From: a virus
Length of the DNA stretch: 64,000 bases
Strand: one strand, 5' to 3'
IMG/VR virus record: IMGVR_UViG_3300013132_000025
Location: 1-64,000 of that record
Of the stretch, positions 58,455 to 64,000 are shown one piece after another. Position 1 is the first letter of the stretch. Each line of letters opens with the position of its first letter. The position numbers were made by a program, and so were the translations under genes. The notes under the pieces are model-generated. The model saw nothing but the letters and a program-made list of their open reading frames with translations, had not been told where the DNA came from and searched no databases.

Positions 58455-59183
58455 TTATGTTTTGATTATATATTGTAACGTCATGTACGGAGGATTGTTA
58501 GAACCAGTTTGCCCCGTTCCAGCGGCTCCAGTATCGTTAGTTGAAGGAGCGCCCGTGTTGGCAGAAGAGGGGGTTCCCGTACTACCTACAGAAGCCCCAC
58601 CTGTTGATCCGTTTAGATTTGGAATATAAATAGGATGATAATGATTAAATGCAGCGTGCGTACTGAGAGATTTAACTAAGTAAAAATTTTTAGGGGCATT
58701 TTGGGCACCCACATCTTCTACCGCCTGTCTTGCTGCTTCAGGATTTGTGTAAACCCCGCCACCGGAAGTGTTTATAACCGTTCCACTTACAGTAACTCCG
58801 TGAGTGTGTTCCATTCCGTGGGTGTGATTTTGCATTGAATGGGTGTGATTCCCCATATTGTGAGTGTGAGAGGGACCAGAGTGAGTGTGATCAAAACTTC
58901 CCCCGGTTACACCAACGGCAGTTCCAGATGCTGTTGTGCCAAATCCAAGGATCATTCTTCTTCTCAGGTCGGGGACACCGAATGCAGATCCCGAACCACC
59001 ATAAGTTGTTCCAATTGCGGCAAAAAGATTTGGATAAGTTGCAGTTCCATAACTTTCTCCATTACAGAAAAGCCATCCTGTTGGGGGAGTTGTTGCGGTT
59101 CCACCATAGGGCATTATAATTCCAGACGGCAGGTAGAAAGATTCTCTCGGTTCGTCTGATAGAATATCACCAAAATCTGCCAT
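58455..59183 (-). CDS. collar-domain fibre protein with HxH repeats
   Basis: PSG.I.PY.G...P.GWL.CNG...PDLR; five HTH motifs; NNPPY..L.YIIK. Confidence 0.75.
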   Translation of the reverse strand: MADFGDILSDEPRESFYLPSGIIMPYGGTATTPPTGWLFCNGESYGTATYPNLFAAIGTTYGGSGSAFGVPDLRRRMILGFGTTASGTAVGVTGGSFDHTHSGPSHTHNMGNHTHSMQNHTHGMEHTHGVTVSGTVINTSGGGVYTNPEAARQAVEDVGAQNAPKNFYLVKSLSTHAAFNHYHPIYIPNLNGSTGGASVGSTGTPSSANTGAPSTNDTGAAGTGQTGSNNPPYMTLQYIIKT

Positions 59184-59184
59184 A

Positions 59185-59979
59185 TTATGCTCCTAAGATT
59201 CCATTATTTTTAAGATCATTGATCAAATTGCCAAGAACATCTGCGACTTCATAAAGCGAAACCGACTCAGCATCGTAAGTTTTTACACCCGGAGTTACGT
59301 TAGACACATTCCATCCAGTTGATGATGGAGAACCTAGAGATACAGATCCTGAAATAACAACATTTGCATCAATTGTCAACTCTGCGCTTCCAGATCTAAA
59401 TATAGAAGCATCTTCAATAGCGGTTCCGCTGCCCCAGCCAAGATATCCCTCAGAAGTTACAAGGAAAGTTGGGACAGTACCGGCAGAACTTGTAACTGTT
59501 AACGCCGTGCCTCCTGCGTTTCTGTTAATAGAAAAAAGACCATTTGTATCAAGTTTATTTGTCGCAGAGTTTGTTGCAATTAAATTAACCGTTCCGCTTA
59601 AAAATTGAACGCTGCCGCTTGCAACTCTAAAAGCACTATCTGTGGCAAGCATCGAAGTTCCGGCTCGGTAAAGATTTGTATCTGGAGCAGCGCTTCCGCT
59701 TCCCCAACTTGCGGTTCCTCCCGCAACAACTCTAAACCTATCTTGAGTATCTGCGGTTCCAAACCTTACAGTCAAAACAGAATCTGAAGCATTTACTGTT
59801 CCTAAAAAGCGAACTTGTTCTGCTTCATCTCCAGAAGCCCCCCAACTTTTCTTTAAAAGTTCAGAATCAATAATATCCCAGTTGGTGTATAACTGAGTGT
59901 GATTATAAAGATCTGATCCGTCTTGCCACGCATACAGATTTAATTGTGGCGTAAATTCAGCAACTCCAGCGGTGCCCAT
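59185..59979 (-). CDS. virion fibre-associated protein
   Basis: 264 aa, Gly-Thr rich; TP.L.L..W.....Y.....NW..ID N-terminus. Confidence 0.55.
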   Translation of the reverse strand: MGTAGVAEFTPQLNLYAWQDGSDLYNHTQLYTNWDIIDSELLKKSWGASGDEAEQVRFLGTVNASDSVLTVRFGTADTQDRFRVVAGGTASWGSGSAAPDTNLYRAGTSMLATDSAFRVASGSVQFLSGTVNLIATNSATNKLDTNGLFSINRNAGGTALTVTSSAGTVPTFLVTSEGYLGWGSGTAIEDASIFRSGSAELTIDANVVISGSVSLGSPSSTGWNVSNVTPGVKTYDAESVSLYEVADVLGNLINDLKNNGILGA

Positions 59980-60018
59980 TCAAATCTCCTCAGAGTGTTG
60001 TTCTTTTATTAAATACCG

Positions 60019-60423
60019 CTAAACCCATTTTTCATGATTATCTTTTATAACATAACCATTTTGTTCATACTTGTCATGTATTTTCTTGCAAATTCTTTCT
60101 GCTGAATCGCTTGCCAAGACAAAGGGTGTCCCAAAGAAGTAGTGACTGTTCTGGAATTCCTTACAACTTACTTCGGCTAGCCATTCTTCAGACACCATGC
60201 TGAATTTATCTACTATCTCGTTCTGGAAAAATTCTTTGATATCTTCATCTTTAAAGAATTGTAAGATATAATGATCATCATTATGATCAGATACTGCAAT
60301 GACCCCAACGGCAACTAAATGATCCTCCTGAGTGGGATACCTTGCATAGATTGTTGAGTAAGTATATCTTTTGTCAATGTCAACTGGGGGAAAATAACAA
60401 AAGAACTCCTCACTCGCAGACAT
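60019..60423 (-). CDS. hypothetical protein
   Basis: 134 aa, coupled to the upstream gene. Confidence 0.55.
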   Translation of the reverse strand: MSASEEFFCYFPPVDIDKRYTYSTIYARYPTQEDHLVAVGVIAVSDHNDDHYILQFFKDEDIKEFFQNEIVDKFSMVSEEWLAEVSCKEFQNSHYFFGTPFVLASDSAERICKKIHDKYEQNGYVIKDNHEKWV

Positions 60424-60424
60424 T

Positions 60425-61195
60425 TTATAGCCAATCTTCTTCTACATATTCTCTCATTAGGCGCTCCTCCCAATTTTCTCCCAGTTCTTCAGAAAGAGCC
60501 TTTTGCATTGAATGTCTTGCCAGACGAGTTCTTTCTGCGGGATCTGCTTCAGGAGCGCGGCCCAATTCAAACATATTGTTATTGTGCCGATGCATTTCTA
60601 AACCTTCGTGAATGTAAATACCACGACCATCTCTGCGGGCTTGCCATGAATAATATAGATCAGTTCCATGTATGTGGAGGCGAGGATCTAGCCAATCAAC
60701 TGAGTCAAACCAGTCTGCTCTAAACAGGGCGCATGAGTGTTCCATCATCCATGTACGTCTTGGAGCATCAGCGCCTCGGCTGCGAAGATGTTGCCAAAAG
60801 CCAATTGATTCTTCATCGTGGGCTGCTTGTATTATAACGGCATTTTCATCTTCTTGCAAGTAGTTGTATAAAGGAAGAAGAGGATCTGTTCCATCATTCA
60901 TAAGTTGCCCAGTTGTGGTCATTATAAAGTAGGCAAAATACTTTTCATCATTAAGGGCTTCTAATGATTTAACATATGCCAAGCCCATTCGATATCCGTG
61001 AGTGGCCCTAAGATTATAATCTAAATAAACCATGTGGATATCTTCATCATCGGGAACAAACATCCACTCTTCGTCTGAGCCATTTTCAACAACGACGATA
61101 TCCATGGGGACTTCTGAGGTGTTCAACACCCGGATATTATGCTCAATAATTTCTGGCATATTATAATTCAACATAACTACTGCAATTTTTTGCAA
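60425..61195 (-). CDS. glycosyltransferase, GT2-like
   Basis: IAVVMLNYN.P....IVVVENGS; LFR...F..V...D......GTD. Confidence 0.6.
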   Translation of the reverse strand: MQKIAVVMLNYNMPEIIEHNIRVLNTSEVPMDIVVVENGSDEEWMFVPDDEDIHMVYLDYNLRATHGYRMGLAYVKSLEALNDEKYFAYFIMTTTGQLMNDGTDPLLPLYNYLQEDENAVIIQAAHDEESIGFWQHLRSRGADAPRRTWMMEHSCALFRADWFDSVDWLDPRLHIHGTDLYYSWQARRDGRGIYIHEGLEMHRHNNNMFELGRAPEADPAERTRLARHSMQKALSEELGENWEERLMREYVEEDWL

Positions 61196-61231
61196 TTTAA
61201 ACTCCTAACTTTGTTTTATTTTATCAAATTT

Positions 61232-64000
61232 TTATGTTCCCCAAATGCTGTGAATTCTATTATATAAACTCATGAATTCATCTAGCATTTCTGGCGGAAC
61301 TTTTTCTGCATTTGCAATAATAGAACTTAGTAAATACTCTTCAACCCTAAGATTTTCATCTTCAATACCCGTTTCTGCATTTTGTATAGTTATGTCTATA
61401 TCGTTCATTACTTCTTCTAACCATTCAGGATTGTAATGTATTGCATCAGCGGGAACTCCACCATTTACAGCAACCGAGCCTATTAAATTTTTACTTGCCT
61501 TGACATTTTTAGGAGTATCTAAATGAGAATGTTCGTGCATCCAATCTCCAAGCGTACTGCCTTGATGTTGTTCTTGTTCAAAAGGTGGACTTTTAATATT
61601 TTTAAAATCTATTAAGTGAGAATAATTATTGTTATACCCATAAACTGGAAATAAATCTTCATCCGGGGCTAGCGTAGAGGGATCTACTTTAGACATATCA
61701 ACTCTTAACGCAGGTTTTCTTGATTTTGAATAAAAATCTTTTTTTCCTATATAAACATGATCTGGCCTTGATGTAAGCCAGTCATCGTACTCTGCAATCC
61801 CCGTTTGTTCCTTTGGTAAAATTCCATTCTTAAATATAGAATCTATGACGGGGATATGTTCTATCCACCCATCCTTACTTCTTGCTGCCGAAACGTCATG
61901 ATACATATATGGGTCTTCAGCAAACAATTCTTTTGCTTGTTGTTCATTTAATACAGATCTTTTCTTAAAGTTGCGTACTTTGTGTGTTTTTAGCGGTCCA
62001 TATTTACGAACAGACTTCTGATGATCTTTTAGAGATGTTTGAAATTTGGGATGAACTTTTCTTTTATTCTTGTTTGCAATCTTCCATTTAGATTGTCTTT
62101 CCCATTCATTCCATCGAAACGGTTGCTTACCTTTAGCCGCAAACCATTTGTCCCAATATTTTCTATATTCGGGTTTAGGTAAATCATTATGTCTTCCTAA
62201 TATTGGACTATCAAAGCCTGTTGCGCCTCCAGAATCATAGGTTGCGTGAGGTAAGTTTTCGGGGTCTCTCAAAGAATAAATTGCCTTATCATCTCTTCTT
62301 ATTTCTTTATCAAAATAATCTTCCCACGGGAAATCGTGGTGTCTTTCAATTGAAAAGTTTGGGTCTATACTAGCAGCAACATCGCAATATGGTGGTGGCC
62401 ACTCTCCTTCTGGAGTCATACAATTGCTCATCAAAGTTCCCTCTCTATGAGCATCACCTATTGTATTTAATTTGCGAATAGTCCACCCATCGTCAAATGT
62501 GTGAACAATATCCGAAGTATCTGTATAATTTTCATCTAAATCTTTAGCATCTTGCAAAAGACGAGTTTTTGTTTTTCTTGCAATCTTCCATTTTCCAATT
62601 TTACTTAACTCAAAATCTTCTTTATTGCTTGGTAATGCTGGATTTGCATTTCCCTCTGCATCAGAAAAGAGATAAATGCCATTGAGGGGATACCCAGACC
62701 GATCAGCGGCTTCTTGCCAATAATCTCGGTAATGTTCGTGTGGGTGCTGGAAATCTTCTACTCCACCAGCAGTTTCTGTGTAGCCAAATCTTTCATACTC
62801 GCTTGGAGTTGAAAGGTGCAACAATTCATTAGTTTCTGGATTATAAAGACCGCGCCAACCTTGAGATGGCTCAAATATTTTATATAAACTTTTTGGAGTT
62901 TCCATTTCTCCGTGGTAAGTTGTCCATTTCGGGCCGACAACCATATCGCCCTCTGGGGTTATCCCTGCGGCATGAAAACCTTCCACCCAATGAGAACGCT
63001 TCTTCCATTTAGATTCTTTTGTTTCCCACCCATTGTAAAACGCATTGTCTTCGAAACCCTTTACTTTTTCTTTAACAGGAATTCCTATCATATGAGGAGG
63101 AAAATGTGGTGGAATATAAAGATTTCCTAAAGCATCTGTTTGATTTCCTTGCCAATATGCAGGCAGTTCTTTAAAGTGTGTTTTGCCGTAGCCGCGAATA
63201 CCTCTAGCGGGAATCCATTCCATTCCTAATTTTTTTGCAACTTGAACTCTATGATTTCCTTCTGCAATATAGGCCGTATTAGTATCTTTATTAAATTCAA
63301 CAATAATTGGTTCTAGAAATCCATGTTCGGAGATATGTTTTGTAAGATTATTAATATTTTCTCTTTCATAATCTTCTTTGCCTCTTTCAAAGTCCAACAT
63401 TTGCATTGCAACATCTACAGGAATTTCTTCAACAGCCTTTGTTTCAAAGTATCGGGAGGGTTCTGTGTTTTCTAAATCCCAAAGGCCTATTGCAATTTTT
63501 TTCCACTTAGATTCTTTATATCCAACAGGTTGAATAATTAAATCGTATGGGTGTTTGCCATGATCAAAGTGAAAGGACCAACGCTTTTTCTCTTTATATA
63601 ATTTAAGATCTTCTAAAGCGTGCCCATCTTGTTCTTTTGCTTCTGAATCAATCTTTTTATTGTCGTGGGGATTCTTTTTATTTATATATCCATTTTTAAG
63701 TTGCTTTAGCCATTTGACGGTTTGCTTTTTAACTTCTTCCCACGTTCCTGTTGTAATAATATCGTGGCCCAACTCTCCATCAAGGACGGCTTCCCATGCA
63801 TCTTTTTTAGATACTTTCCATTTAGATTCTTTAAATGAAGCCCATTGATCCCAAGGATGGTTAATGCCGTATTGATCAAAAAAAACTTTCCAATATGGGA
63901 CGTATTCATCTTTTATATCAGAATTGTGTCTTCCTAAAGGTGGATTTTCTGGATTTTCTGGATCATACCGATATTCATCATCTTGCCAATCGGCATTATA
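61232..64000 (-). CDS. giant multidomain (polyvalent) protein, 5'-truncated by window end
   Basis: Frame stays open from 63772 to 64000. Contains ParB/Srx-like (EGNHR), PcfJ-like (EG..M.NC..IYSLRD..PHAT) and ART/Tpt1-like (YH..SI.KNGI.P..VY..LRVD) domains. Confidence 0.8.
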   Translation of the reverse strand, partial: YNADWQDDEYRYDPENPENPPLGRHNSDIKDEYVPYWKVFFDQYGINHPWDQWASFKESKWKVSKKDAWEAVLDGELGHDIITTGTWEEVKKQTVKWLKQLKNGYINKKNPHDNKKIDSEAKEQDGHALEDLKLYKEKKRWSFHFDHGKHPYDLIIQPVGYKESKWKKIAIGLWDLENTEPSRYFETKAVEEIPVDVAMQMLDFERGKEDYERENINNLTKHISEHGFLEPIIVEFNKDTNTAYIAEGNHRVQVAKKLGMEWIPARGIRGYGKTHFKELPAYWQGNQTDALGNLYIPPHFPPHMIGIPVKEKVKGFEDNAFYNGWETKESKWKKRSHWVEGFHAAGITPEGDMVVGPKWTTYHGEMETPKSLYKIFEPSQGWRGLYNPETNELLHLSTPSEYERFGYTETAGGVEDFQHPHEHYRDYWQEAADRSGYPLNGIYLFSDAEGNANPALPSNKEDFELSKIGKWKIARKTKTRLLQDAKDLDENYTDTSDIVHTFDDGWTIRKLNTIGDAHREGTLMSNCMTPEGEWPPPYCDVAASIDPNFSIERHHDFPWEDYFDKEIRRDDKAIYSLRDPENLPHATYDSGGATGFDSPILGRHNDLPKPEYRKYWDKWFAAKGKQPFRWNEWERQSKWKIANKNKRKVHPKFQTSLKDHQKSVRKYGPLKTHKVRNFKKRSVLNEQQAKELFAEDPYMYHDVSAARSKDGWIEHIPVIDSIFKNGILPKEQTGIAEYDDWLTSRPDHVYIGKKDFYSKSRKPALRVDMSKVDPSTLAPDEDLFPVYGYNNNYSHLIDFKNIKSPPFEQEQHQGSTLGDWMHEHSHLDTPKNVKASKNLIGSVAVNGGVPADAIHYNPEWLEEVMNDIDITIQNAETGIEDENLRVEEYLLSSIIANAEKVPPEMLDEFMSLYNRIHSIWGT

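Noticed and set aside
63706-63909. 67-aa ORF and the TTG start at 63772
   Set aside because: The main frame is open to 64000, so 63772 is internal and the short ORF is a shadow

Overview
This window is part of a large, AT-rich tailed phage genome with a contractile tail. The major capsid protein and the gene order resemble Bxz1-like (cluster C mycobacteriophage-type) myoviruses, and Rpf, Glf and tmRNA genes suggest an actinobacterial host (inference). The minus strand carries most of the virion module: protease/scaffold, capsid, three glycosyltransferases, neck, sheath, tube, tail chaperones with a clear -1 frameshift, tape measure, a multi-hydrolase hub, baseplate, a repeat beta-propeller, lysis genes and an array of modular tail-fibre genes. 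A plus-strand island (about 15.4-23.4 kb) carries dUTPase, class II RNR, 11 tRNAs, a compact tmRNA, a secreted Rpf-like protein, a SpoU/TrmH methylase, a deaminase and UDP-galactopyranose mutase. The best candidate for an undescribed system is a giant polyprotein running off the right end. Its unrelated domains (ParB-like, PcfJ-like, ART-like) are separated by a repeated KESKWK-x-x-A/S linker. Related K-W-K and K-x-A signals occur in other late-strand enzymes (CCA enzyme, nucleotidyltransferase, SWIM protein, HhH glycosylase), suggesting a head-packaged, protease-processed effector cargo. Other highlights are an anti-Shine-Dalgarno hairpin RNA at the head of the tRNA operon, tRNA-Ile(UAU), a remodelled initiator tRNA and a possible virion glycosylation pathway. 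All calls come from motif reading only; no database searches were run.
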